From assembly GCA_002412765.1 (NCBI GenBank), contig DHVR01000002.1, positions 73,191 through 137,190 on the forward strand: a DNA stretch of 64,000 nucleotides, written 5' to 3'. Source of the DNA: Leptolinea sp. UBA5203 (GTDB lineage Bacteria; Chloroflexota; Anaerolineae; Anaerolineales; Anaerolineaceae). A program made the position numbers and the translations under genes. The notes beneath the pieces are model-generated. The model searched no databases. It had not been told where the DNA came from and was given only the letters and a program-made list of their open reading frames with translations. This document shows positions 30,043 through 40,525 of this stretch, piece after piece (the stretch's first letter is position 1; each line of letters begins with the position of its first letter).

Positions 30043-31053
30043 TTAGTTTTCCTCAGTTAATTGAATTTGGGTAGCAATGGAACTTTCAAGATTATTCAAT
30101 AAATCACTTTTAGCAATCTGCTGCGCACTGCGGATGGCACCATAAATCGCATGCGCGTCTGAACGACCGTGGCCAATAAATACCAGTCCGTCCACACCCA
30201 GCAGGGGAGCTGCGCCGATTTCGGCAGGATCCATCATGGATTTTAATACTTTAAATGCAGGTTTGGCGAGTAATGCACCAAGTTTCGTGCGAAAGGAGGA
30301 TAGAAACTCCCTTTTCAGAACTTTCATCATCATCCCCGCCACGGATTCGCTGGTTTTCAGCATCACATTGCCGGTAAATCCATCCGTTACCACCACATCA
30401 ACTTTACCATCGAATATCTCTTTTGCTTCAATATTGCCAATAAAATTCAAGGAACTTTGTTTCAATAATTTGAAGGCATCCTTGACCAATGGATTTCCTT
30501 TGGTGTCTTCTTCCCCATTGGAAAGCAATCCGATACGCGGAGAGCTTATTTTTAAGGCTGATTTAGCAAATTCACTACCCATGATGGCAAACTGAAGTAA
30601 AAATTCCGGGCGGCATTCCACATTAGCGCCAATATCCAGAACCACGCATTTACCTGTCAGGGTGGGGAAAAGGGTGGTCAAACCAGGACGAAGCACATTT
30701 TTCATGCGGCCCAATTTTCTCAGGGCGGTAAACATGGCGGCGCCTGTATTGCCGGCGGTTACAAATACGTCACCCTGACCCTCTTTGACCAGCGCTAATC
30801 CAACAGCCATGGAGCTATTGGGTTTAAGTTTGACACTTTCCACCGCTTTGTCTTCCATGGTGATGGCTTCAGGGGCATGCACAATTTCGATGGGTAGACC
30901 ATCACCGTGATGTTCGCTAATCAAAGCGGTAAGCTGAGTTTTGTCCCCTACTAAAATGATCCTTTCCTTAAATTCCCTGGCAGCTTGTATGGCGCCAAGA
31001 ACTTCAGGTAATGGGCAATCATCACTTCCCATGGCATCTAATACGATTGTCAT
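30043..31053 (-). CDS. plsX: phosphate acyltransferase
   Basis: It starts MTIVLDAMGSDDCP and contains the AGNTGA motif. ATG 31053 follows GGAGGA. The track extension to 31125 runs into the tRNA promoter. Confidence 0.9.
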   Translation of the reverse strand: MTIVLDAMGSDDCPLPEVLGAIQAAREFKERIILVGDKTQLTALISEHHGDGLPIEIVHAPEAITMEDKAVESVKLKPNSSMAVGLALVKEGQGDVFVTAGNTGAAMFTALRKLGRMKNVLRPGLTTLFPTLTGKCVVLDIGANVECRPEFLLQFAIMGSEFAKSALKISSPRIGLLSNGEEDTKGNPLVKDAFKLLKQSSLNFIGNIEAKEIFDGKVDVVVTDGFTGNVMLKTSESVAGMMMKVLKREFLSSFRTKLGALLAKPAFKVLKSMMDPAEIGAAPLLGVDGLVFIGHGRSDAHAIYGAIRSAQQIAKSDLLNNLESSIATQIQLTEEN

Positions 31054-31091
31054 CCTTCCTCCATCGATCATTAATGATAAGTTGACTATCC

Positions 31092-31119
31092 TTGACATCA
31101 CAGCAGGGACGGTTATAAT
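31092..31119 (+). promoter_or_regulatory. consensus sigma-70-type promoter for tRNA-Leu
   Basis: TTGACA (31092-31097), a 16-nt spacer and TATAAT (31114-31119) sit 14 nt upstream of the mature tRNA 5' end. Confidence 0.6.
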
Positions 31120-31132
31120 AATCACGTCCCAG

Positions 31133-31214
31133 GCGCTAGTGCTGGAATTGGCAGACAGGCATGGTTGAGGGCCATGTGCCGTAAGGCGTGGGGGTTCAAG
31201 TCCCCCCTAGCGCA
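31133..31214 (+). tRNA. tRNA-Leu (anticodon GAG), type II with a long variable arm; CCA not encoded
   Basis: Folded by hand. The acceptor stem is GCGCTAG/CTAGCGC, the anticodon stem CATGG/CCATG and the loop TTGAGGG. The variable arm is TGCCGTAAGGCGT, the T-arm GGGGG-TTCAAGT-CCCCC and the discriminator A. Confidence 0.9.
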
Positions 31215-31217
31215 CAC

Positions 31218-31253
31218 AAAAACAGCTGAATTATCAGCTGTTTTTATTTTTTT
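31218..31253. terminator. hairpin terminator after tRNA-Leu (also downstream of the convergent polyprenyl synthase gene)
   Basis: AAAAACAGCTGA-ATTA-TCAGCTGTTTTT is followed by ATTTTTTT. Confidence 0.7.
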
Positions 31254-31294
31254 CCTCAAAAATCAAATTCTCCAGCCTATTCATCGTCTATCCG

Positions 31295-32260
31295 TTATTG
31301 AACCCGTGTTAATGAATCTAAAGTTAGAGCTTTTAATTCGGTTTTGAACTCACTGGATGGAAAGGCATCCAAATGATTTAACCCTTGGTGAATAAAGGTT
31401 TTCGCCTGGTCAATTGATTTTTCAATCACGGAACCAGCCAAGATATTTTGAATTAATACGTCGCGAATCCCTTGTCCATTGGATTTGGTATCCTTGATAA
31501 ATTGCTTGTATTCTTTCTTGTGGTCCTGAAAATAAAGCAAGGAGGGCAGGGTAAGAATATTATTGCGCAAATCACTGCCGATCGGTTTCCCTAAGGTTTG
31601 CTGCTCACCGGTAAAGTCGAGGACATCATCAATAATTTGAAATGCCATGCCAATATCATGACCAAATAACTTTAATTCTTCTACTTCGGCTGGTGCTGTT
31701 CCAGCCAGGATACCCGTTGAGATTGACGTTGTCTGAAACAGAGAAGCCGTTTTTGCATAGATGCGATCATAGTAGTCTTGCAGTTCCAACGAATTGTTTT
31801 TTTCAAGGAACTGGGTGATTTCTCCGCGCACAATGATACTCAATGTTTGTGAGAATAATTTCATCACAACTAGTGAATCGGTATTTGCAGCATGTTCAGC
31901 GGCTTTAGCAAATAAATAATCCCCGGCAAGAACGGTTGCAGCGGGTGTCCAAATGGCATTCAGAGTGGTATTACCCCGGCGAAACAGGGAATTATCAATC
32001 AGATCGTCATGCACCAGGGTAGCTGTATGCAGCATCTCAATAGCTGACGAGAGCGTGATAATTCTGCGATTCTCCGCGCCAAGCATTTTTCCTAATAATA
32101 GGGCGATATTGGGACGGATTCGTTTTCCACCGGATGTAAATAATTGCTTCAATAAGATATTGACATCTGGACGGTCCATTTGAATTGACTCAATAATTAA
32201 TTGCTCAACAGACTGGATATCTTTTTGTACTATTCGATAAAAGGATGGTTTTTGTTTCAA
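31295..32260 (-). CDS. polyprenyl diphosphate synthase (hepta/octaprenyl type)
   Basis: It has the two Asp-rich motifs LVHDDLID and FQIIDDVLD. Confidence 0.85.
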   Translation of the reverse strand: MKQKPSFYRIVQKDIQSVEQLIIESIQMDRPDVNILLKQLFTSGGKRIRPNIALLLGKMLGAENRRIITLSSAIEMLHTATLVHDDLIDNSLFRRGNTTLNAIWTPAATVLAGDYLFAKAAEHAANTDSLVVMKLFSQTLSIIVRGEITQFLEKNNSLELQDYYDRIYAKTASLFQTTSISTGILAGTAPAEVEELKLFGHDIGMAFQIIDDVLDFTGEQQTLGKPIGSDLRNNILTLPSLLYFQDHKKEYKQFIKDTKSNGQGIRDVLIQNILAGSVIEKSIDQAKTFIHQGLNHLDAFPSSEFKTELKALTLDSLTRVQ

Positions 32261-33057
32261 TGTTCGGATCTCCAGAAAAATAAAGAATTCGCACTACTGG
32301 TAGTCACATCACGAACCTGTTCAACAGGACACTGTTTCAATTGCGCAATCTTTTCTGCAATGATTGGAATGTACTGCGGAAGATTTTTTTTTCCACGGTA
32401 TGGGTGAGGCGGCAGGTAAGGTCCATCGGTTTCGAGAAGGATTCGATCCAGGGGTAATTCCATGGTCATTTGTTGTTTTTCGATGGCTTTTGTATAGGTA
32501 ACCGGGCCGCTGATGCCTACCAATAATCCATGCCGAATCGCTTCCTGGGCGTAGGCCAAAGTACCACTGAAGGAATGAAGAACCCCCCAGGCATATTGGA
32601 AGATCGTTGAAAATTGATCTGCTACGCTCAATATCATTGGCCACATCTCATCTGCTGAATTCCGTTCATGCAGAATAACAGGCAGTTCAGCTTCAAGGGC
32701 AATTTCAAGCTGCACTTGAAATACATGTTTTTGAATCGCGGGTGGTGAAAAATTCCTGTAAAAATCCAATCCAATCTCGCCGATTGCGACAACCTTTGGA
32801 TTAGATGCCATGTCTTTCAATTCGTTACACCAATAAGGTTTCCAAGTTTGAGCATCATGCGGATGAACCCCGATGGCTGCGTAGATAAATTCATATTGAT
32901 CCGCTAATTTAATGGCAGCACGACTGCTCTCGAGATCAATTCCCGGAACCAGAATCTTTTTGACCTCATGATTCCGGGCTTCTTCAATCACTAATTCCAA
33001 ATCTTCTTGATACGCATCCAAGGTAAGATGGCAGTGCGTGTCACAAAAGAAGGTCAT
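32257..33057 (-). CDS. tatD: TatD-family metal-dependent hydrolase
   Basis: The N-terminal FCDTHCHL motif is present. The length is 266 aa, and the stop overlaps the next gene's start by 4 nt. Confidence 0.85.
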   Translation of the reverse strand: MTFFCDTHCHLTLDAYQEDLELVIEEARNHEVKKILVPGIDLESSRAAIKLADQYEFIYAAIGVHPHDAQTWKPYWCNELKDMASNPKVVAIGEIGLDFYRNFSPPAIQKHVFQVQLEIALEAELPVILHERNSADEMWPMILSVADQFSTIFQYAWGVLHSFSGTLAYAQEAIRHGLLVGISGPVTYTKAIEKQQMTMELPLDRILLETDGPYLPPHPYRGKKNLPQYIPIIAEKIAQLKQCPVEQVRDVTTSSANSLFFWRSEH

Positions 33058-34475
33058 GCTTTAAGGCCAACAATTTTTAAGCAATCGGCCAAAATTCCCT
33101 GGACACACTCCGGATGGGTCGTTTCGCAATAAGCGCGGATAATGGGTTCTGTACCAGAGAAACGAATCAAAGCCCAGCCGCCGTCCTCCAGCAAGAATTT
33201 GAATCCATCCAGATCATTTAATCCGGTGACTTTCAACCCGCCAATGGTCTGCGGATTGGCACTGCGCACCAGGTTTTCTTTTTCACTTCGATTTCCACTG
33301 AAAGGACGATCGATCCGGTCATAATAATGGGCGCCAACTTTCTTGAATAACGTTTGCACCAATTCAGAAGGCTTCTGCCCGGTTTTGACCATCATATCCA
33401 GCATGAACAGACCTGCCAGGATGCCGTCCCGTTCAGGGACGTGACCTCGGAAAGCATACCCACCGGATTCTTCGCCACCGATTAGGGCATCCAATTCCAT
33501 CATTTTCGGCGCGACATATTTAAAACCAACACCCGTCTCGGCAACTTGGACATTATATAGTTTGCCCAACTTATCCAGCATACTGGTTGTGGATAAGGTT
33601 TTTACAATGGGTCCGCGCATTTGGCGAATTTCAAGGAAATAGTAAGCCAATAAGGCATAGACCTGGAGCTGATTGACAAATACGCCATTTTCATCGCCAA
33701 TACCCACACGATCTGCATCGCCGTCCAGGATTACCAGGACATCAGCTTTTTCATCTTGCGTTTTTTTCAGTCCCACATTGATGTTTGGGGGAATGGGTTC
33801 GGGACGATTCATCTCTGGATAAATGGGATTGCGGACGTCATGAATTTCAATAATTTCAGTTTTATCGCCGCCCAAAAGCCGTTTGTACCAGCCGATGCCA
33901 TTGCCCCACATGGGGTCAACCACAATGCGTAAGCCAGCTTTTCTGATGGGTTCCAGATCGAGTAAAGATTTTATTTGTTCAATATAAGCAATATCGGGAT
34001 CAAAAATAATCAGATCGCCTGAAGCCTGCGCCTTTTCAAGAGAGGCGGGCGGGATGCTCAATGTATCGGGAATAAGCTTCTCGATTTTTATCAAACCTTC
34101 AGGATCAATGGCACCGCCATTCCGATCGCGAACTTTAAAGCCGTTATCGGCGGCAGGGTTATGGGAAGCGGTGATGTTAACCGCACCACATGCTTTTTTA
34201 TTGACCACAGAAAAAGAAATGACAGGGGTTGGGGTGGCTTTATCCGTCAGGTATACTTTTAACCCATTGGCTATTAAGGTTTCAGCAACGGCTTCGGCAA
34301 ATTTTTCTGATAAAAACCGTTTATCATAACCCACCACGACCCAATTCCCTTTATTTCCATTGTCCAATAAATAGGATGCAAATCCCTGGGCGCAACGGCG
34401 GACATTTTCAAACGTATAGGAATCCGCAATGGCAGCACGCCATCCATCGGTTCCAAATTTTATTTTCATAACCAT
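33054..34475 (-). CDS. phosphoglucomutase/phosphomannomutase family protein
   Basis: GTDGWR, the active-site [13 protein letters not shown] and the metal loop DGDADR are all present. Confidence 0.85.
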   Translation of the reverse strand: MVMKIKFGTDGWRAAIADSYTFENVRRCAQGFASYLLDNGNKGNWVVVGYDKRFLSEKFAEAVAETLIANGLKVYLTDKATPTPVISFSVVNKKACGAVNITASHNPAADNGFKVRDRNGGAIDPEGLIKIEKLIPDTLSIPPASLEKAQASGDLIIFDPDIAYIEQIKSLLDLEPIRKAGLRIVVDPMWGNGIGWYKRLLGGDKTEIIEIHDVRNPIYPEMNRPEPIPPNINVGLKKTQDEKADVLVILDGDADRVGIGDENGVFVNQLQVYALLAYYFLEIRQMRGPIVKTLSTTSMLDKLGKLYNVQVAETGVGFKYVAPKMMELDALIGGEESGGYAFRGHVPERDGILAGLFMLDMMVKTGQKPSELVQTLFKKVGAHYYDRIDRPFSGNRSEKENLVRSANPQTIGGLKVTGLNDLDGFKFLLEDGGWALIRFSGTEPIIRAYCETTHPECVQGILADCLKIVGLKA

Positions 34476-34649
34476 AGTTCCTCCGCCTGAAATCGTAAAA
34501 TATTTTTAATACATAGAGGTATTATATCAAGGAATCAATTATGACAACAATTTGCGATTTATTAATATTCTGAAAAGGATGGAGAATAAAGACCATCCAA
34601 TTTATAATACTTTTGTATGGATTAGTTGGTAGTCATAAAAAGGGTAAGC

Positions 34650-35741
34650 ATGTCTGAAAAACAAAAAGTATTGGTAGCCATGAGTGGTGGGGTGGATAGT
34701 TCGGTAACCGCAGCCTTGTTAATTCAAGAAGGGTATGAGGTTAGTGGGGTGTATCTATTCCCATGGCATGCTTCCTCGCTGGGATTTTCAGGTGGCGAAG
34801 ATGCACAAAAGGCGTTTCAATCCGGCAGAGAAGCCGCTGAACGGCTGGGGATTTCACTTGAGCCGCTCTTCTTGCAGGATGAATTCCTTCAACGGGTGAT
34901 TGGATATTTTGTCGAAGGATATCGTGCCGGGAAGACACCCAACCCATGTTATATGTGTAATAAAATTTTCAAGTGGCATGAATTCGTCAAGCATGCGGAT
35001 GCTATTGGATGTCAATGGATTGCCAGCGGACATTATGCCATTCTTGAAAGGAATGAATCCGGGAAAACTAGATTGTTTCAGGCGGTGGATGATACAAAAG
35101 ATCAATCCTATGTACTTAGTTGTCTGGACCAAAGCGTTTTACAAAGAGCATTATTACCGCTGGGGCAGTATAAAAAATCAGAGGTTCGCGAATTAGCTGC
35201 GTCTTTTGGACTGCAGAATGCAGAACGCTCGGACAGCCAGGATATGTGTTTTATCCGCAACGATGAACACAAAGCTTTTGTCAAACAAATGATGGGCGAG
35301 GTCAGTGGACGACAGGGTTCTATTGAGAATCTTCAGGGAGATGTATTGGGTGTTCATCAAGGCTTGGAAAATTACACCTACGGACAAAGAAAAGGTATTC
35401 GCGTTTCTTCACCTACCCCAATCTATGTATTGGATAAAGATGTCGCAGAAAATAGACTGATTGTAGGTTCTATACAGGAAGGGGAACAGGTGGGATTATT
35501 AGCACATGCAATGCATTGGATTTTGGATGAATCACCAGGCATGCAATTCGAAGCCCAAGTAAAAATTCGCTATCAATCAATGGCCATCCCGGCCACAATA
35601 ACAATTGGTGATAAAGAGCTGGTTGAAATTATTTTTCATAAACCCGTCCATGGGATCACTCCCGGACAATTTGCAGTACTTTATCAGGGGCGGGAAGTGA
35701 TCGGAGCCGGCGAAATTCTCAGGAGGATTTCAACACTATGA
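34650..35741 (+). CDS. mnmA: tRNA-specific 2-thiouridylase
   Basis: It has the PP-loop VAMSGGVDSSV and the NPCYMCN and DQSYVL motifs. I used ATG 34650; the track ORF opens at TTG 34626. Confidence 0.9.
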   Translation: MSEKQKVLVAMSGGVDSSVTAALLIQEGYEVSGVYLFPWHASSLGFSGGEDAQKAFQSGREAAERLGISLEPLFLQDEFLQRVIGYFVEGYRAGKTPNPCYMCNKIFKWHEFVKHADAIGCQWIASGHYAILERNESGKTRLFQAVDDTKDQSYVLSCLDQSVLQRALLPLGQYKKSEVRELAASFGLQNAERSDSQDMCFIRNDEHKAFVKQMMGEVSGRQGSIENLQGDVLGVHQGLENYTYGQRKGIRVSSPTPIYVLDKDVAENRLIVGSIQEGEQVGLLAHAMHWILDESPGMQFEAQVKIRYQSMAIPATITIGDKELVEIIFHKPVHGITPGQFAVLYQGREVIGAGEILRRISTL

Positions 35742-36019
35742 CCTTACCCACTGTATTTTTTGGGTTTATTATGGCTTTATTAATGGGATCCGGTTTTCAC
35801 CTTTGGAAAGGCGGCGGTTTATCGAAATTGATCCAATACCTGGTAGTCAGTATGGCTGGATTTTGGCTTGGGCAATTGCTTGCTGTTCTTTTACAGTGGG
35901 AATTTTTACCTGTTGGCGCACTGCAATTCGGTTTTAATGTTTTAGGCAGTGTCCTCTTTTTGTTTATCAGCTTCTGGCTGGGAAGTCAAAACCCATTTCA
36001 AAAAAAGAATGAAAAATAA
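35738..36019 (+). CDS. small hydrophobic protein (3 predicted TM segments), hypothetical
   Basis: The start overlaps the mnmA stop (ATGA). Only hydrophobicity supports the call. Confidence 0.4.
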   Translation: MTLPTVFFGFIMALLMGSGFHLWKGGGLSKLIQYLVVSMAGFWLGQLLAVLLQWEFLPVGALQFGFNVLGSVLFLFISFWLGSQNPFQKKNEK

Positions 36020-36650
36020 TGGATGCTATTCATTTGATGAGGATCCTGATTCGCTACTTGGAACAATGATGAAAACTATGCCAGCCCCGATTGAAACCGC
36101 TTTTTTTTCACAACGCCTTTACTCAGTAGATGTGGATTTCCCGGAAAGGATCCATTCGCAAGATGCAAAAGTTGCGGCTGTTTTACTACCTTTGGTTTCT
36201 ATTGAGGAAGAATATCATGTTATATATACGAAACGCACGGAGACGGTTCTATCGCATAAGGGGCAAATCTCCTTTCCCGGAGGCATGGCGGAAGTACAAG
36301 ACATTGATCCTTGCAGGACTGCCTTGCGCGAAACGGAAGAAGAGTTAGGGATTCCTGCGGCATCAATAAAATTAGTTGGCCGGTTGGAACAGGTACAAAC
36401 TTTTACCAACCTGATCATTTATCCATTTGTCGGTATAGTAGATTGGCCTGTTCCTTTGATTCTTAGCACGGAAGAAGTGAGCAAAATTATCCTGATTCCC
36501 CTGCATTGGCTAATGGAGCCCGAACACAGTATCGAGAAAGAATATAACGGGCATCAGAATGTGGTTTTCTTTCAACCCTACGAGGGGGAAGTTTTGTGGG
36601 GAATCACTGCAAGCATGACAAAGAAATTTATCAGCATGCTGGAAAAATAA
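36009..36650 (+). CDS. NUDIX hydrolase, CoA-pyrophosphatase-like
   Basis: The Nudix box is GGMAEVQDIDPCRTALRETEEELGI. The start is uncertain (ATG 36009 or 36066). Confidence 0.7.
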   Translation: MKNNGCYSFDEDPDSLLGTMMKTMPAPIETAFFSQRLYSVDVDFPERIHSQDAKVAAVLLPLVSIEEEYHVIYTKRTETVLSHKGQISFPGGMAEVQDIDPCRTALRETEEELGIPAASIKLVGRLEQVQTFTNLIIYPFVGIVDWPVPLILSTEEVSKIILIPLHWLMEPEHSIEKEYNGHQNVVFFQPYEGEVLWGITASMTKKFISMLEK

Positions 36651-36680
36651 AATGGCACCCGAAAGAGTGCCATTTTTGTT
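36648..36680. terminator. bidirectional hairpin terminator between convergent genes
   Basis: The stem AAATGGCAC / GTGCCATTT is followed by TTGTT on the plus strand and preceded by an A-run. Confidence 0.6.
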
Positions 36681-36700
36681 GATTATTAAGAGGGGAAGAA

Positions 36701-37366
36701 CTATTCTTCTTCTTCTTCTTTCTTTCCGTGAGCAATGACTTCTGGTTCAGCCATACCGGATTCGGGTTCTTCCATTTCACCACCGCCACCGACAACAACA
36801 CCGAGAGCGCCAGCTTTACCAGATACCAAGACGATGGAAGCACGAGAATCTGTCAAGACTTTTACACCTTGCGTGACTTTCAGATCAGCAACGCCAAAAG
36901 AATCGCCGAGATTTTTCAAGACAGCAATATCAACAATGAATTTGTCAGGTAAATCTCTGGGGAAGGCTTCGACCGCAATGGTTGTCAGACTTTGAACCAG
37001 AACCCCGTTGTAATTCTTGACTGCAGGGGCAATACCCGTGATAACAACCTGAACGTTAGCCTTAACCAGTTCATTTTCGGAGATAGCCTGGAAATCTACG
37101 TGGCGATAGGTACCGAGAATAAAGTCGCGTTGGATTTCGCGGACAAGGGTCATGATGGTTTTGCCATCAATATCCAGGTCAACAATAGTGGATGGGGTGA
37201 TATTGTTTAGCGACTTGGTGGCATCGCGCAAATCAAGAAGAATCGGCATGGATTCCAAATGTTTGCCATAAACCACACAAGGCAACTTACCGTCCCGGCG
37301 AACTGATTTTACTTTTTTGCCGGTCAATTCACGTTTTGATGCTTTCAATACAATTTCTTGACTCAT
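36701..37366 (-). CDS. rplY: 50S ribosomal protein L25/general stress protein Ctc
   Basis: LKASKRELTGKKVKSVRRDGKLPCVVYG is typical of L25/Ctc. It has an acidic C-terminal tail. Confidence 0.9.
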   Translation of the reverse strand: MSQEIVLKASKRELTGKKVKSVRRDGKLPCVVYGKHLESMPILLDLRDATKSLNNITPSTIVDLDIDGKTIMTLVREIQRDFILGTYRHVDFQAISENELVKANVQVVITGIAPAVKNYNGVLVQSLTTIAVEAFPRDLPDKFIVDIAVLKNLGDSFGVADLKVTQGVKVLTDSRASIVLVSGKAGALGVVVGGGGEMEEPESGMAEPEVIAHGKKEEEEE

Positions 37367-37435
37367 TAGTTTTCCTTCGAGCGCCTCTCACCGAATGGTT
37401 ACCTTCGCCCTGTTGATTCGATTATCAAACAAGTA

Positions 37436-37464
37436 ATTTTATTCTGAATGGCGATCTCAGTCAA
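37436..37464 (-). promoter_or_regulatory. candidate promoter of the L25 gene
   Basis: On the minus strand I read TTGACT, a 17-nt spacer and TAAAAT, about 70 nt upstream of the ATG. Confidence 0.35.
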
Positions 37465-37485
37465 GGTAAACTTTGTTCCGCTCAG

Positions 37486-38487
37486 TTATCCACCAAATCC
37501 ACGAAAATACACAAAATACATACCGAGAAAATAAAGCAGAATAAGCAGAAATGCATCAATTTCAATAAAAAATAATCTTCGTTCAAGTTTTGCCAAATTT
37601 CCAATTAAGGCAAGACCAGTCATAATTAGCCCAATCAATCCAACCATGACGAAATCGGTGTCGATGGATGCGAGAAATCTGCCATCTGTCATGAAAAAAT
37701 CTGATAAAGCCAGAGAAAAAATGTTAAACATATTACTGCCAAATAGATTTCCGATGGCCATATCATACACCCCCATCTTGATGGCTGTGATAGTGGTTAC
37801 CAATTCTGGCAGAGATGTTATAACAGCCAATAATGCAGTACCGATAAAGCCAGTACCCAATCCAGTTATGATGGCAATTTCCTGGCTGCTAGTAACTAGA
37901 TGCGGCATAATTAAAATTAAAGCACCCGTGGCGAGTAAAAAACCAAATATCCCTTTCTTCAAGGTTGGAAAAGATGGATCGATGGGCAATTCTTCTGCCT
38001 TTTGCGCAGGATTTGCGCTTTGTTGAATTATCCGAATCCCGAAAATATATACAGCAATGATGATCAAGCTGTCAACACCTACCCATCCGATACGCAGATC
38101 GATATTTGCCATGATGAAAAAAGTGGATATTGCAATTAAAAATACAGCCATAGCGCCGGTGAGCGCATGACGATGAGCGGCTTTTCTCAGAATTCGCGTG
38201 TTTCGTGACATCAAATCAATTAGCCCAAGGAGAAGCATATTGACCATATTGCTGCCAAACATGTTCCCGGCAGCCAGATCTGGTTCACCGATTGAGATGG
38301 AATTTATTGTGGTCAGGAGTTCTGGCAAAGAGGTTGCGCCAGCCAATAGAATGAGACCAATAAACATACCGCCAATTTTGGTACGAACAGCGATAACGTC
38401 CCCGTATTCCGCGAGTTTTATTGCCGCAATGACCAAGATTAAAGAACTGCCAAGAAATTTAAGCCAAATTAATATCATGTGGAACAC
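37486..38487 (-). CDS. Ca2+/cation antiporter (CaCA family, YrbG-like)
   Basis: Two alpha-repeat signatures (GATSLPELLTT and VITSLPELVTT) sit in a ~10-TM protein. Confidence 0.85.
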   Translation of the reverse strand: MFHMILIWLKFLGSSLILVIAAIKLAEYGDVIAVRTKIGGMFIGLILLAGATSLPELLTTINSISIGEPDLAAGNMFGSNMVNMLLLGLIDLMSRNTRILRKAAHRHALTGAMAVFLIAISTFFIMANIDLRIGWVGVDSLIIIAVYIFGIRIIQQSANPAQKAEELPIDPSFPTLKKGIFGFLLATGALILIMPHLVTSSQEIAIITGLGTGFIGTALLAVITSLPELVTTITAIKMGVYDMAIGNLFGSNMFNIFSLALSDFFMTDGRFLASIDTDFVMVGLIGLIMTGLALIGNLAKLERRLFFIEIDAFLLILLYFLGMYFVYFRGFGG

Positions 38488-38812
38488 CTTTTACATACTC
38501 TAAAGGCCATGAAAACAATATTCCAGTATCTGGATCATTGAGATCGCCTACGATAGATTCAACTGTAGAAACACAATTTTTCAACATATCTTTTGAAGGA
38601 AGGATGGTCATTAAAGTGATGTTCCCTTCTTCGATTCCAACTGCAAGAGGTTGAAATTGAAAACGCATGGGGATATGTTTTTTTTGCATCGTTCGACGGT
38701 GGATACCAGTGCTTTCTATGATGGTTACACCGGAAATACCGACTCCTTGCCATGCTTCAAGGACCTTATCAAGTTTATTTGGATCATGCAGGACAAATAT
38801 AACTGCATACAT
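38459..38812 (-). CDS. P-II-like (ferredoxin-fold) small signalling-type protein
   Basis: 117 aa. The pattern MYAVIFVL...LDKVLEAWQGVGISGVTIIESTGI, then a loop, then ITLMTILPS...VESIV, mirrors the beta-alpha-beta x2 layout of P-II/GlnB with a T-loop-like insert. The 3' end overlaps the antiporter start by 29 nt. Confidence 0.5.
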   Translation of the reverse strand: MYAVIFVLHDPNKLDKVLEAWQGVGISGVTIIESTGIHRRTMQKKHIPMRFQFQPLAVGIEEGNITLMTILPSKDMLKNCVSTVESIVGDLNDPDTGILFSWPLEYVKGVPHDINLA

Positions 38813-38877
38813 ATTTTTTCTCCTTCTTTACAAATAAGGATTTCTTTTTAGTTTAGAACAATTAGCAGATTTTATAA

Positions 38878-40377
38878 TTATGCCTCCCAATTCATCGAAT
38901 GATCAATGGCTTTTTTCCAGTTCTTATACAACATGTCTCGGGTGGAATCTTCCATCAGTGGAGTCCATTCGACATCTTTTTTCCACTTTTCGCTTAATTC
39001 TAACATGCTCTCCCAATAACCCATGGCAAGTCCGGCCGCATAGGCGGCTCCCAGAGCCGTTGTCTCGGTAATAATCGGACGGATAATGGGGATGTTAAGG
39101 ATATCAGACTGAAACTGCATGAGGAGATTATTGCGCACCATCCCGCCGTCCACAGCCAGGGAGTGCAGTTTGACTTTTGAATCTGCAAACATGGCATCCA
39201 ATACATCCCGTGTTTGAAAAGCGGTTGCTTCCAAGGCGGCTCTTGCAATGTGGGCTGAGGTTGCAAAACGTGTCAAGCCAGCAACAATACCGCGCGCATC
39301 ATTGCGCCAATAGGGGGCAAATAAACCGGAAAAAGCTGGAACGAAATAGACCCCGCCATTATCCGGAACACTGGCTGCCAGGGTCTCAATATCCGCTGCG
39401 GTTTTTATAAAGTGCAAATTGTCTCTCAGCCATTGGACCAATGCACCGGCGATGGCAACCGAACCTTCCAGACAGTAGATCACAGGCTCGTCTTCAATTT
39501 GATAACCGATGGTGGTTAATAAACCATGGTTACTGATGACAGGATTCTCGCCTGTATTGAGCAGTAAAAAACATCCAGTTCCATAAGTGTTTTTAGCCTG
39601 GCCGGGATTAAAGGCAGTCTGGCCAAATAGGGCTGCCTGCTGATCTCCCAGAGCGCCACTGATAGCGACCGGACCATCCAATACCCCGACCATGTCTCCG
39701 TAATACTGCGAAGAAGGCCGGACTTCTGGCATCATATCGTAAGGGATTCCGAAGAGTTTGAAGAGTTCATCGTCCCATAGCTGGGTGAAAATATTGTATA
39801 GCATGGTGCGGGATGCATTGGTGATATCCGTAATGTGCAGCCCGCCGTTTACACCGCCGGTCAGATTCCAGATGAGCCAGGTATCCATCGTACCAAATAG
39901 GACCTCACTCCTGGCGGCGTCGTTAAGAATCTGGGGATTATGGCTAAACAACCATTGAATTTTTGGCGCAGAAAAATAGGTTGCAACCGGCAGGCCGGTT
40001 TTTTTGCGAAAGAATTCTTCCCCATGAACTTGAACAAGCTCATTACATATTCGATCGGTACGAATGTCCTGCCATACCAGTGCGTTTCCATAAGGCAGCC
40101 CTGTTTTTTTATTCCAAAGCAGGCAGGTTTCGCGTTGATTGGTAATGCCAATGGCGCTAAGTTGATAGGACTTAATCCCGGCTTTTTGAACAGCTTCGCG
40201 GATGACAGCAATGGATGATTCAAGAATCTCCATGGGATCGTGTTCCACCCAACCAGGTTGTGGGTAAATTTGCCGATGCTCTCGTTGGGAAAAAGTGACG
40301 ATCTCGCCATCGTGATTGAACAGTATACATCGGGTACTGGTAGTACCCTGGTCCAGAGCTGCAACATATTTTTCCAC
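38878..40377 (-). CDS. glpK: glycerol kinase
   Basis: YVAALDQGTTSTRCILF and the FGGY-family motifs run throughout its 499 aa. Confidence 0.95.
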   Translation of the reverse strand: MEKYVAALDQGTTSTRCILFNHDGEIVTFSQREHRQIYPQPGWVEHDPMEILESSIAVIREAVQKAGIKSYQLSAIGITNQRETCLLWNKKTGLPYGNALVWQDIRTDRICNELVQVHGEEFFRKKTGLPVATYFSAPKIQWLFSHNPQILNDAARSEVLFGTMDTWLIWNLTGGVNGGLHITDITNASRTMLYNIFTQLWDDELFKLFGIPYDMMPEVRPSSQYYGDMVGVLDGPVAISGALGDQQAALFGQTAFNPGQAKNTYGTGCFLLLNTGENPVISNHGLLTTIGYQIEDEPVIYCLEGSVAIAGALVQWLRDNLHFIKTAADIETLAASVPDNGGVYFVPAFSGLFAPYWRNDARGIVAGLTRFATSAHIARAALEATAFQTRDVLDAMFADSKVKLHSLAVDGGMVRNNLLMQFQSDILNIPIIRPIITETTALGAAYAAGLAMGYWESMLELSEKWKKDVEWTPLMEDSTRDMLYKNWKKAIDHSMNWEA

Positions 40378-40525
40378 TGTGTTTCTCCCGAATAAGGTCT
40401 TGCGACTATTTTAGCTGAAATTCGGAAGAATTGTATACCTGCATATACCTCCAAATCATTGGGAATTAATGTACAATAACCTTTGAATCAAAAGCACTGG
40501 TGACCAGGAGAATAAGTAGGACATA

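Noticed and set aside
31054-31125. An N-terminal extension of the plsX ORF (24 codons).
   Set aside because: The conserved PlsX N-terminus starts at ATG 31053, which has a GGAGGA RBS. The extension would cover the consensus promoter of the divergent tRNA-Leu.
31092-31253. The tRNA-Leu locus as an integration hotspot or mobile-element boundary.
   Set aside because: No integrase, excisionase or duplicated tRNA 3' end is visible nearby. The flanking genes (plsX, polyprenyl synthase) are housekeeping.
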